IMG/VR virus record: IMGVR_UViG_3300046660_000219
Location: 141,909-205,908 of that record
Strand: one strand, 5' to 3'
DNA length: 64,000 nucleotides
Below the pieces are notes generated by a model that saw only the letters and a program-made list of their open reading frames with translations, searched no databases and was not told the DNA's origin. Position numbers and translations under genes: made by a program. This document shows positions 50,478 to 59,652 of the stretch, one piece after another (the first letter of the stretch is position 1; the number at the start of each line of letters is the position of its first letter).

Positions 50478-50955
50478 GGTGTATTGAACCTCAGTGAAGG
50501 GTTGCGCCAATGGCGGCAACGGCGAAAAAGGTAGCTGGTCCCGCAGCGGCTATCATAAAGACTAAATAGAAGGCGCTGAAGGCCCACGGGCTCATCGTAC
50601 TGATATACTTGTCGCACTTGCACGCCACAACCATCGACAGATACGACCACAGAATTGTGGCCACGGTAAATCCAAAGCAAGGCCAATTCATGGTAGCTAC
50701 CTTAATTGGTGCAGTAGACTTGCACGTGGCGTAGATGGCGATCGAGAAGAATACTAGCTAGCGTACCGCGCTGTGCGGCGCTTTCCGCATCAGGTAACGC
50801 GCGTTTAGCCGCGTTACTCACAGGACCACGCGATTTAGTAAGGCTGCGCAATTTCTCGATAGTGATAGTTTCCGGACCCTTCATCGAAGTTCTCCATAAT
50901 AGTAAGATGGTGGCGAGGCCGGTAGGTACCAAAACCTACCGGCCGAACGACGACC

Positions 50956-51165
50956 TTACGTTTGCGGTGTCGCGGTGCGACGGCTAGTCTTACCGCCCTT
51001 CGTACCAGCTAGGGAGGCCAGTTCCCGGCTCTGGGAGAACGAACGCTTAGCCTTCGGCACGGACGCACCGCCCTTGCGGGCGATTTCACGACGGCGATCC
51101 GGGTCCATAGCGGCGAAACCGCGACGACCGCGCGGAGCTTCCGTGGTGTTGGTGGTGTCGGTCAT
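50956..51165 (-). CDS. KGG-repeat general stress protein
   Basis: RGFAAMDPDRRREIARKGG...RELASLAGTKGG. Confidence 0.88.
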   Translation of the reverse strand: MTDTTNTTEAPRGRRGFAAMDPDRRREIARKGGASVPKAKRSFSQSRELASLAGTKGGKTSRRTATPQT

Positions 51166-51418
51166 GTAGATAGTTCCTTCTAGAAAAGGTAGCATTTGCT
51201 ACGGGTTGGAGGTTTACTTGCGCTTCGGCTGGCGGCTGGCTTTCTTAGCGGCCTTGCTACCTTTGTGCTTGCGCTTGTGCGTTGACTTCTTGCGTGGCCG
51301 GTCGTCACGAATGTAACGGTAGTCATCGCTATAATGCGACAACCCAGCGCCAGCGCTAGCTAGTGCGAACGACGCCACGGAAGCAGCCGCCGCCATTAGC
51401 GGCATGATGGTACGATTG

Positions 51419-51820
51419 CTAAACCCCAAGGTACGACTCCACGTTAGTATCCACGTGCAACGGAGCAGGCCGCCAGACGAGGTTTTCCGGCAGTTGATCG
51501 TCGTTCACAGCGCACCAGTGCTTGGTAGAGACGTCGCGCGCCCTCATCATAGCGGCGAAGGAGTGCTTAGTATTTCGCTTCCCTTCGACCTTGTAGTGAA
51601 AGCTGAGAATTTCGTCGGTGGTCTTACCGTAGAAACCCGAACCGGTACGACCCATCCCATCGAGTTCGTGGCGAGCGTACTGCGTGCCAGCCGGAGTCTT
51701 AAGCACACGAATGATCACGCTCGCACTTCTCATATCGAACGTGTTCGCGTCTTGGCGCTGAAAGACGATCGCATCGGCGCGGCCGAGTTCCAGAGCCTCC
51801 AGGGCGTCGTGTAGAAGCAT
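51419..51820 (-). CDS. Hypothetical protein
   Basis: GGAG SD; packing. Confidence 0.6.
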   Translation of the reverse strand: MLLHDALEALELGRADAIVFQRQDANTFDMRSASVIIRVLKTPAGTQYARHELDGMGRTGSGFYGKTTDEILSFHYKVEGKRNTKHSFAAMMRARDVSTKHWCAVNDDQLPENLVWRPAPLHVDTNVESYLGV

Positions 51821-51849
51821 CTTACTATTACTCCGCTAGTGAGTTTGCG

Positions 51850-52632
51850 TTATCCGATTTTCGCGCGAGCGCGGGCCTTAGCTTTTCGCGATTGCGGTGT
51901 GATGATAAAGGCTTTCAGTAGATCCTTCGGCGGGAAGTGAACGCCGACTCGCGCTAAACCTTTACACATGGGCGGATTGGGGGAGTCGGCGGTAACGCCG
52001 TAACCTTCGGTGTAGCCACCGGTGACTGTCCAAATGCTATCGCGCTGTGGATCGGGTTTCTTCTTGAAAGAGAAGCGCACGTCCGGTTTGAATTGTGAGA
52101 AGTCGAAATCGTGATCTTCAGCAGCCAGCGGTTCGGTTTGCAGAAGAATGGTAGCCTGCATCAGTTCTACGTTACTGAGGCGCAACTTATTGCCCAACGG
52201 CGGATTGGTGTCAGGCGACGTACGCACTGCGACTACTTCCCATAGATCACATTCGACGACGCGCCATTCCGTATCACCCGTCTTGGGGTATTTAAAGTAC
52301 ACGCCCGGCACGAATAGCTTACTATTTTCGTGAACGGCTTCACGAGCACGGGCCGTAATAGTTTGAAATTGTTTTTCGAACAACGCCGTGGCGCGGCGAT
52401 AGTCCACGAAGTCGTTGAGCAGTGATGTGCGCTCATCCGGCGTCATACTGTCCCAGTAGATGACAGCGCCAGACAGTTGCTTGGAGTCGGTGTCACCGAG
52501 TTGGTCGGTACCGATATGCGGTACGTCTACCCATACCAATGCACCGTCACGTGCGAGCGCAGCCATCAAGTCTTCGACGAATTGGGCGCGCTGTTCGCGA
52601 GTGAGTTCAGGATACAGTTTCTTGAGCGACAT
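51850..52632 (-). CDS. Hypothetical protein
   Basis: GGAG SD before MSLKK. Confidence 0.65.
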   Translation of the reverse strand: MSLKKLYPELTREQRAQFVEDLMAALARDGALVWVDVPHIGTDQLGDTDSKQLSGAVIYWDSMTPDERTSLLNDFVDYRRATALFEKQFQTITARAREAVHENSKLFVPGVYFKYPKTGDTEWRVVECDLWEVVAVRTSPDTNPPLGNKLRLSNVELMQATILLQTEPLAAEDHDFDFSQFKPDVRFSFKKKPDPQRDSIWTVTGGYTEGYGVTADSPNPPMCKGLARVGVHFPPKDLLKAFIITPQSRKAKARARAKIG

Positions 52633-52774
52633 GATGTGTCGTGCTCCGCAATGAGGTGGCTGTGTGGCGAACACGCAGTGTACCACAGTCAAGGCTATCG
52701 GCAAAATCTCTGTTAAATCAGAGCATTAGATGCACGAAAGGGCGTAGAGCCTAAGCCCTACGCCCTTTCGATTC

Positions 52775-53245
52775 CTAGGAAGTCGCCAACCGTTCCTTAC
52801 GCATATCTGGTAGGGAACGCATAACTTCGCGCACCTCATGTTCCCGGAAGGAATCCGTGAAACCGTCACTACCATTTAACGTGATGATACGATGACTGAC
52901 GGGTGGGAGTCGACGCGGCGACGATGCGTCAACCACCCAGAACACACGCCGTACACCAGCTTGATACAGCCGGGTAAACAATCCAGCTTCTTCGTTGGCT
53001 AACTCAGCAGCCCGCGTAAAACGGTATGCAATGTCTAGCGGAAGTTCTGTTCCGCGTAAGATATTGTGTGCTTGGTTGCTACACCAAACATCCGGCTCTG
53101 TCAGAGCATTGTCTTGCGGTTCAAAAACGGCGACGCTGTCCAACTCCGAGCCAGGAACTTGCGCCAGCATTGCTATCAAGAGAGCGTGCCGTCCGCTACC
53201 CTGCGGTCCTTGGATTACAGTAATATGTGGAGTATCCGTGCTCAT
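52775..53245 (-). CDS. Degenerate P-loop-like protein
   Basis: ITVIQGPQGSGR (Walker A Lys replaced by Arg); AAAGGTAG leader. Confidence 0.5.
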   Translation of the reverse strand: MSTDTPHITVIQGPQGSGRHALLIAMLAQVPGSELDSVAVFEPQDNALTEPDVWCSNQAHNILRGTELPLDIAYRFTRAAELANEEAGLFTRLYQAGVRRVFWVVDASSPRRLPPVSHRIITLNGSDGFTDSFREHEVREVMRSLPDMRKERLATS

Positions 53246-53402
53246 ATGCACTACCTTTATGGACGAGCGCCAAACCAGTAACAGATCGTTTCCCATAGCG
53301 ACAGAAAACGTCCTTGGCCGTCAGGCTCGATGCGCAGTACGACATCGCATTTGCGATGATAGCGAATTTCATTACCTACGTAATCGCTCGCGTGCTGGTC
53401 GC

Positions 53403-54686
53403 TCAAGTAATGGCCTCCCCGTTCTTGGTGATGGTTTGTGTGGCGCGCTTGGCGTAATTGTTTGGCTCGATGCGTACGGTAATGTAGTCCTTCAATTTAC
53501 CTTTTGTCACAGCAACCACATGGTCATGCATTGCCCAGGCACAACGACGCGCGGTCGGATGTACATCAGGCGCAGAACGGCGACTGATCACATACTGTGT
53601 TTGCTCTAGATGCGCCTCGTGATACCCCCACACTAGTGTGGCTAATGGTAGAGATAGTAACGCAACATGGCGATCTAACGTACCAGCATTTACGGCTTGA
53701 TACATCTCCGACCATAGCGCCAGAGCCGCCTGCATAACATCTTGTGACACTTCACCTAAGCGCTGAATGTACCACGAGTGCATACCACCGAAGTTACCAC
53801 TTGCCGGGATCACCGATGCAATCTTGATGTACGAGCCACGATGGCGTTGCAGATCACGATAGCTACCGTAATCGATCTTAAACGGGATCGGCATGGTACC
53901 GAACGCACGCGGGTTCACAGGTTGCTGCGAATCAAACATCTCCCAATCGTGGAAGACTTTTGCCTGTTCTACTCTTTGTGTGAAACGGTGGATATCGTGT
54001 TGCGTCAACGTCCAGTCAAACGCATGTGGCAAACCAAAGTGTTCGTCTGTGCCGAATAGATCTGGAAACACCTCAGCTAGAGCTAGAATAATTTCACGGG
54101 CATCGGCACGAACTTGCGGCTCAGGATGGCCCAACATACAAATGGTATGCTCACGCAGTGTCCGTATAGAGCCAGTCCACGACAACTGTGTCTGCACGCC
54201 GATAGGTAACAAACCGCGCACTACGTCGAAGGTCATAGCCTTCACACCGGCCGCCGAAAGCTCCGGATACTGTTGCGTGTAATGCTCCAGAACCAACGGC
54301 GTTGCTTGCGCGTACAGTCCCATCCAACGCTGATAGTATTCACCGGCGTAAGAAGGAAATGGCTGGTTGGCAAAATCGATGAAACGCGTCGATGTCTCTT
54401 GCCCGTTGTACAGACCGTTCTTAGCTTCTTGAATGGCCTTGGCGGTGAACAGTGAAACGCCTTCTATGAAAACGGTAATTTCGCCGCAATCACCGATACT
54501 CGCGTGGGAGTAACCGACGTAATACTGTTTTAGCGATTGTTTGATTTTGCTGACGTCGAAACCACTGTCTGACAAATCCTTCAGACGAGTCTCGATGCTC
54601 ATGTGCGAGCGAGAGTAGAATGCCGCCAGCATAGCGGCGACATCCGGATGGCCCTGCAATTCAGCAGGAGCTACGAAAACCTTCAT
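53403..54686 (-). CDS. thyX: FAD-dependent thymidylate synthase-like protein (long, two-domain type)
   Basis: YSRS, YSHASIGD, QETSTRFIDF, FDVVRGLLP, YRDLQRHR. Confidence 0.8.
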   Translation of the reverse strand: MKVFVAPAELQGHPDVAAMLAAFYSRSHMSIETRLKDLSDSGFDVSKIKQSLKQYYVGYSHASIGDCGEITVFIEGVSLFTAKAIQEAKNGLYNGQETSTRFIDFANQPFPSYAGEYYQRWMGLYAQATPLVLEHYTQQYPELSAAGVKAMTFDVVRGLLPIGVQTQLSWTGSIRTLREHTICMLGHPEPQVRADAREIILALAEVFPDLFGTDEHFGLPHAFDWTLTQHDIHRFTQRVEQAKVFHDWEMFDSQQPVNPRAFGTMPIPFKIDYGSYRDLQRHRGSYIKIASVIPASGNFGGMHSWYIQRLGEVSQDVMQAALALWSEMYQAVNAGTLDRHVALLSLPLATLVWGYHEAHLEQTQYVISRRSAPDVHPTARRCAWAMHDHVVAVTKGKLKDYITVRIEPNNYAKRATQTITKNGEAIT

Positions 54687-54985
54687 CGGCGTTGTTTCCT
54701 TTCACGGGCGGGCATTGGTGGGCGGCGGCGAATGGTATCATCACCAACACTGTCAGGTGGCGAGTCTTTCGGGCGCTTACCCTTCTTAGTGGGCGGCGGA
54801 CCTAGCACTACAAGTTTGATGCTGTGGCCAGCTAATAGTACCTCGTCCACGTCGTCGAGCTTCTCGAACATGCCATCGTTCTGCGCGATAATAGTAGACT
54901 TGCCCGTGCTAGAAGGTTCTCATGTGCCTAGCGGGACGCGAATGATCAGCGTACCGTTACGCACCCACATTGTGGCGTTCTTCAC
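54683..54985 (-). pseudogene. Small gene interrupted by an in-frame TGA at 54922-54920
   Basis: GTG start coupled to upstream stop; MKNATMWVRNGTLIIRVPLGT*EPSSTGKSTIIAQ continues in frame into the 54683..54871 ORF. Confidence 0.65.
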
Positions 54986-55623
54986 GTCGGCGTCCCCGTG
55001 ACCAAAGTGTTGCCAGAGAAAAGATAATCAAACAAAGCAGACGGCACTTTCTGCCCACGCGTTCCCAGGTACAACGCAGGCAATGGTTTTAGCTTGTCGC
55101 TCTTGTCGTGCTGACTCTGGTAGATCAACGTAATAAGGGTAGCCAATCGCTGTAGAGCCACTTCACGCACTGCACGGTAAAAGGCGCGGTTAGTGACGTT
55201 GAGCATACTACTCGCATAAAAAGCTAGCAGCGCTTCAGCTTCGGCTAAAGCCATACGCGAATACGTGTGGCTCCCGTAAACGACTTGCGCACGTTCTAGC
55301 TTTTCCTTGAACGAGAAGAAGCCTTGCGGCACGAAGCTGCGCCATGACGCCCCGTTGTGCAACACACCGTCAAACAAGAAGTCCTCTTCACCATCCGTAA
55401 GCTCAAGAAAAAGCGTAGCGGCGATGTCGCACGCGTACCAAGCCGCCTTGGAGACATCCTGAATGGCAGTACCTTTATGATCAGCACGCGCCATGTACTT
55501 GTAGGTGTTGCCTACATTAAACGGTACGCTACGGATCACGTCGATCGGTTCCGGTAGCGACAGGTCTTGGTTGTAGTGCGGAGTGGCCGACACGATGTCG
55601 CCGCTAGTGAGGTCACGCGCCAT
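54982..55623 (-). CDS. DUF3310 (SaV-like) domain protein
   Basis: PHYNQ...EPIDVI...FNVGNTYKYMARADHKG..QDVSKAAWY. Confidence 0.85.
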   Translation of the reverse strand: MARDLTSGDIVSATPHYNQDLSLPEPIDVIRSVPFNVGNTYKYMARADHKGTAIQDVSKAAWYACDIAATLFLELTDGEEDFLFDGVLHNGASWRSFVPQGFFSFKEKLERAQVVYGSHTYSRMALAEAEALLAFYASSMLNVTNRAFYRAVREVALQRLATLITLIYQSQHDKSDKLKPLPALYLGTRGQKVPSALFDYLFSGNTLVTGTPT

Positions 55624-55947
55624 ACTACTATTTCCTTAATGAGAGAAAACGGCGATACCACCAACGATGATAGCGATCCAGACAATCATCAGTACCGCGC
55701 ATACACGGTCGCCAACGACGTGGTTACGACTACGTACCTCTTCGTCGCGTTTAATGCGCTCTTCGCGCGCTGCAACAGTGTCCACTGTTGATCCCCTTTA
55801 TGATACAGGCGTAGAAAAGGCGGGCTACCGTTAAGCAACCCGCCTTAAAAATGTTTTGTGCCTACGAGGTTACGGCTACCTCGTTTAAGCGTGGCATACA
55901 CTAACCAGCACTCGTTTTAAGAGCCCGCGCTGGATTGCAGGTACCGT

Positions 55948-56316
55948 TTAGCCAAAAGTGGCTGAAGACCGTTTGCTGTCGCCGTCGTAGTAGGTGCGCA
56001 CGTACTTGTTGCCGAACACGACGCTAGGCCAAAACAGCAGGTAGATGAACAAGAAGATGTTCACGATTGGGACGAAGCCCAGTAAAGCCCACCAACCACT
56101 GTGGTTGCGATCGTGCAGGCGGCGCACCGACGCCGCGACGGACAGCCACAACGACAGGATTAGAAAGGTAACCCCACACAATAGCGCCATCACTGTAACA
56201 TCGGATGCCGGGTGCTGGGTTAGTAAAGATCCGAAATAGTACAACATACCGGTGACGATCGTGATCATAATATAGATCAGGCGCGAAGACACACCGCGAA
56301 ATGAGAACACATCCAT
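55948..56316 (-). CDS. DUF805 (YhaH-like) inner-membrane protein
   Basis: FSFRG...SVRRLHDRNHSGWWALLGFVPIVN...GNKY. Confidence 0.88.
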   Translation of the reverse strand: MDVFSFRGVSSRLIYIMITIVTGMLYYFGSLLTQHPASDVTVMALLCGVTFLILSLWLSVAASVRRLHDRNHSGWWALLGFVPIVNIFLFIYLLFWPSVVFGNKYVRTYYDGDSKRSSATFG

Positions 56317-56333
56317 GTAGATCACTCCCTTTG

Positions 56334-56975
56334 TCAGCGCCCGCGTTGGGTTCCACCTTTGGACGGGCGCGTGTCCAAGATAGATGTGTAGATCGGGCAT
56401 TTGGGATCACGCTTCAATCGTAGCGTAAACAGTCGTTTACCTTTATTCCGATCAAACCAGTGAATCGTAAGGTGGTGCTTGTATAGCGAGCTGATCACTA
56501 TAACTGACGAAACAGATTGCGGGGCCGGTATGCTCACCGGATGCACAGCACCTACTAATTGCAGGCGACGCGTGGCGGGCGTATCTAGTTGTGGCGTAAA
56601 TCCAGACACAGCCAAAAGGGTACGTCCAACGACAGTGGAGACAGCCAGGGTCTCAAACAAGCCGTCGCGGATTTGACCGACTAGGGCGCGGTCATCGCCA
56701 GGGCCGAAGATTGCCGGTAGGCGTCTGCCTACGTTAGCCATAGCCGTAGAACGCTCTGAGAGGCCCGTAGGAGCCAAAAGGCGGGTAATGCGGCGCAGCA
56801 TACCACCCCGGTAGATAGCGACCGCTGGTGAGCCGCCTAGCTGACACGTCTGTGTCTGCCAGCGACCGGGAATACGCATGGTGTGCTTGGCGACGTTCGT
56901 TGTAGCGCTAGGACGTGACGCCGGGCGCTTTGGCTTGCTCGGTTTTATCGGCGGCTTACCTTTAACGTGGCGCAC
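56334..56975 (-). CDS. Basic hypothetical protein
   Basis: GAGG SD, GTG start. Confidence 0.6.
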   Translation of the reverse strand: MRHVKGKPPIKPSKPKRPASRPSATTNVAKHTMRIPGRWQTQTCQLGGSPAVAIYRGGMLRRITRLLAPTGLSERSTAMANVGRRLPAIFGPGDDRALVGQIRDGLFETLAVSTVVGRTLLAVSGFTPQLDTPATRRLQLVGAVHPVSIPAPQSVSSVIVISSLYKHHLTIHWFDRNKGKRLFTLRLKRDPKCPIYTSILDTRPSKGGTQRGR

Positions 56976-57088
56976 TGCGTAACAACCTCATAGATGGAAA
57001 AGACGGGAGGCGTGGCCACGCCTCCCGTCCCACTCAGGTCTGTACGTGGGTAAGTCGCGAGAATACTAGCCCACGCTACTTACCGTTG

Positions 57089-57847
57089 TTAGGCGATCCA
57101 ACCACGCTTCTGCGCGTAGGCAAAGAGCGTGGTGGCCTTAGCCCGGCCACCGACGCCTTCCAGCGCCTTGTCGATCGCGGCGGCACGCTTCGGTTGACCT
57201 TCCAGCAAGAAGGCGCGCATGTCGGCCGTATTCATGGCCTGAACCTTTTGCGCTTGCTTGCTGAGTTTAGGCGATGCAGCCGATGCAGCCGGTACCTTAC
57301 TGTTTTTCACCGGAGCGGCTGGCTTGGCAGCAGGCTTGGCGGGTTTAGCGACGGGCTTTGCCGCACCACGAGCCGGGCGGCGCGGAGCGGGCTCTTCTTC
57401 CTCGTCTTCTTCATCGTCGCCGTCCGCGAAGTCATCGTCATCGCCGTCTTCGCCGTCATCAGCGAAATCGTCGTCATCTTCGTCGTCAGCGAATTCCGAG
57501 TCGGCGTCGTCATCCTCGTCTTCGTCGTCGTTCTCGCTGTCCTCGTCGTCGGCGAATTCTTCGTCCGTGTCGTCACCGTCTTCGCCGTCTTCATCGTCGA
57601 AATCGGTATCGTCAGCGTCGTCTTCAGCGGAGTCTTCAGCCTCGTAGCCGCCTTCGGTTTGAGCGGAAACGGTATTGATGATTGCTTCGATAGCGTCGAG
57701 CGCGCCGCCGATACCCGGCTCGATTAGAGCCATGATCAGAGCTTGCGCTTCGGCGTCAGTACCCGCGATGTCGAGTTCCTTCAGCGCAGCCGCTTGCTTT
57801 TCAAAGCGGCGGCCGAGATCGCGGATCGTACGTTGAACGGAGGCCAT
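57089..57847 (-). CDS. Protein with coiled coil, hyperacidic linker and basic C-terminal domain
   Basis: Long D/E tract; own promoter (TTGACA 57970-57965, TAGACT) and terminator (about 56998-57030). Confidence 0.8.
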   Translation of the reverse strand: MASVQRTIRDLGRRFEKQAAALKELDIAGTDAEAQALIMALIEPGIGGALDAIEAIINTVSAQTEGGYEAEDSAEDDADDTDFDDEDGEDGDDTDEEFADDEDSENDDEDEDDDADSEFADDEDDDDFADDGEDGDDDDFADGDDEEDEEEEPAPRRPARGAAKPVAKPAKPAAKPAAPVKNSKVPAASAASPKLSKQAQKVQAMNTADMRAFLLEGQPKRAAAIDKALEGVGGRAKATTLFAYAQKRGWIA

Positions 57848-58067
57848 ACTATTTCTTCCCTTGCAAGGGTTAGTGTGAGTTGGGAATAGCCGCAAAGAGT
57901 TGCGTCGAGTGTCGCGGCGAAACACCCAACGGAACGAACGAGTCTAAACGACCGTCTGACGCCTTGTCAAATGGCCGTAAAATCGCACGTGTTTCGGTGC
58001 TAGTGGACACAGCGCCTATAGCGCTATAGGCGTCCCTGGCAGCAGGATTGAATTAGGAGTCGTGGTC

Positions 58068-58700
58068 TTATTCGTCGTGGTCATAAGCCGCGTACGTGCC
58101 GCCGTCCTCTTCGTCGTCGTTCTCGCTGTCTTCGTCGTCAGCATCGCCTTCCGTGGCAGCTTTAAAGCCAGCAAAGATGGCGTCACCGTTAAATAGATCG
58201 GCATGGTTAGCCAGCGTACTATTTTCGTTGTACAGCGTATTCAGTTGCGCATAGCACTCGTTGAACGCCTGAACCGTAGCAGCGTCTTCACTTGGCGTAG
58301 TGGCGGCGAGCGCCATAGCCGGGGCTAGCATTGCTAGCATGTCCACGCCACAGCGACGCGCACTGATCAACAGGTGTGCCACGGACAACGTCAACTCAGA
58401 AAAGGTAGTCAACGCATCCGGCGGTGTATCGGTATGCGGCTCATGCTCGTCCGCGTGTTCCTGATCATCATCGTCCACCATATGGTCCGGCGCGAGCGCG
58501 CCGATACACATGTAGATAGACGCAAGAGCCGCACCGATTTGGATGTGTAGGTGTTCGTTGGTCTCTGGGTCGCGCAGGCGTTTCACAGAGGTTGGTACGC
58601 TGGCGTTTGACAGCGCGTCAGATACCCTTTCGCTCATGAGGGCGAATTCCGGCTGTAGCACTTGCGCAAGTGCCTGCGTGCGCTGATCGGTGAAAGGCAT
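58068..58700 (-). CDS. Acidic hypothetical protein
   Basis: GGAG SD; acidic tail DDEDSENDDE shared with the 57089 gene. Confidence 0.7.
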   Translation of the reverse strand: MPFTDQRTQALAQVLQPEFALMSERVSDALSNASVPTSVKRLRDPETNEHLHIQIGAALASIYMCIGALAPDHMVDDDDQEHADEHEPHTDTPPDALTTFSELTLSVAHLLISARRCGVDMLAMLAPAMALAATTPSEDAATVQAFNECYAQLNTLYNENSTLANHADLFNGDAIFAGFKAATEGDADDEDSENDDEEDGGTYAAYDHDE

Positions 58701-58795
58701 GTGCGCGTTACTCCATGACGCAAAAAGTAAGGCGCTAGGATTGCTCCTAGCGCCCCAAAGGGTTCGAGTTGTAGAAAAAGGTAGGCGCCGAACGC

Positions 58796-59506
58796 TTAGC
58801 TAGCGTGGGCTTCTTGAGCCGCCTTCACCGCCTTCATGACGAAGTTGGTCAGGGCGCGGCCGGTCTTACCGTCCGACTTGGCCTTCTGGCCAGCCTTCAG
58901 GGCGGTGCGCATGGCGAAGGTGCGAGCACGCGAGTGCAGACCTTCGATAACGGTAGCCGGATCGACGCCCAGCTTGGTCAGGCGACCGCGCAGTTCGTCG
59001 GGCGTCAGGTCGGCGATGGTGCGACGACCGCCGCTGTTGGCCGAAGCCACGGCTTGGGCCGCCTGGGTAGCGCGACGACGGGTCGGAGCCGGCGCGGGTT
59101 CTTCGTTGGCGGCGGCGAGACGGGCACGGACCTTGGCGATCGACTGGTGCCCGGCGAAATCGTAGCCGTCCAGGTCGGTGACGTAGTTTTCGGTGGGCTT
59201 GCCGTTGGCGGCGACTTCGTAAGCGAAGCCTTCGTCATCGACGTAGATCGCCGAGGTGTCATCGCTGGTGAAATAGTAGCCAGCTTCGTAGTTGTCGCTG
59301 GTGTCGGCGTCGTCGTCATCGACCGTGGTGTCGTCCGCGTCGTCGTCATCGGCCAACAGCACGTCGGCGTCGTCGGTTTCCGGTTCGTCGATATCGATAC
59401 CGTTCTCGGCGAGAGCGGCGCGCAGGGTTTCGAGTTGCGATTCGAGTTGCTCGGTGCGCTCGACTTGCGCGTCCCAGAGCTTCTTGGTCAGAGCGAAAGC
59501 GGCCAT
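58796..59506 (-). CDS. Protein with coiled coil, acidic linker and basic C-terminal domain
   Basis: Own promoter (TTGACA 59590-59585, TATTAT) and terminator (about 58722-58753); strong codon bias. Confidence 0.8.
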   Translation of the reverse strand: MAAFALTKKLWDAQVERTEQLESQLETLRAALAENGIDIDEPETDDADVLLADDDDADDTTVDDDDADTSDNYEAGYYFTSDDTSAIYVDDEGFAYEVAANGKPTENYVTDLDGYDFAGHQSIAKVRARLAAANEEPAPAPTRRRATQAAQAVASANSGGRRTIADLTPDELRGRLTKLGVDPATVIEGLHSRARTFAMRTALKAGQKAKSDGKTGRALTNFVMKAVKAAQEAHAS

Positions 59507-59652
59507 ATCGTTTGTCCCTTATGGCTGTGGAAATGAACTAGGTGGGTAGGTACGAGACGCATAATAACCCGGCAACCGGTCTCGTGTCAAATCGCCAGGA
59601 TAGAAAGGGAGGGCTCGCCTGTTATAGCGAGCCCTCGAAGAAATGGTAGATG

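Noticed and set aside
54920-54922. Genome-wide TGA reassignment
   Set aside because: Many genes end in TGA with ATGA/GTGA coupling, so this case is isolated.
57400-57640. DNA tandem repeat or microsatellite (TCG/TCA/TCT runs)
   Set aside because: Explained by Asp/Glu codons in an acidic protein tract.
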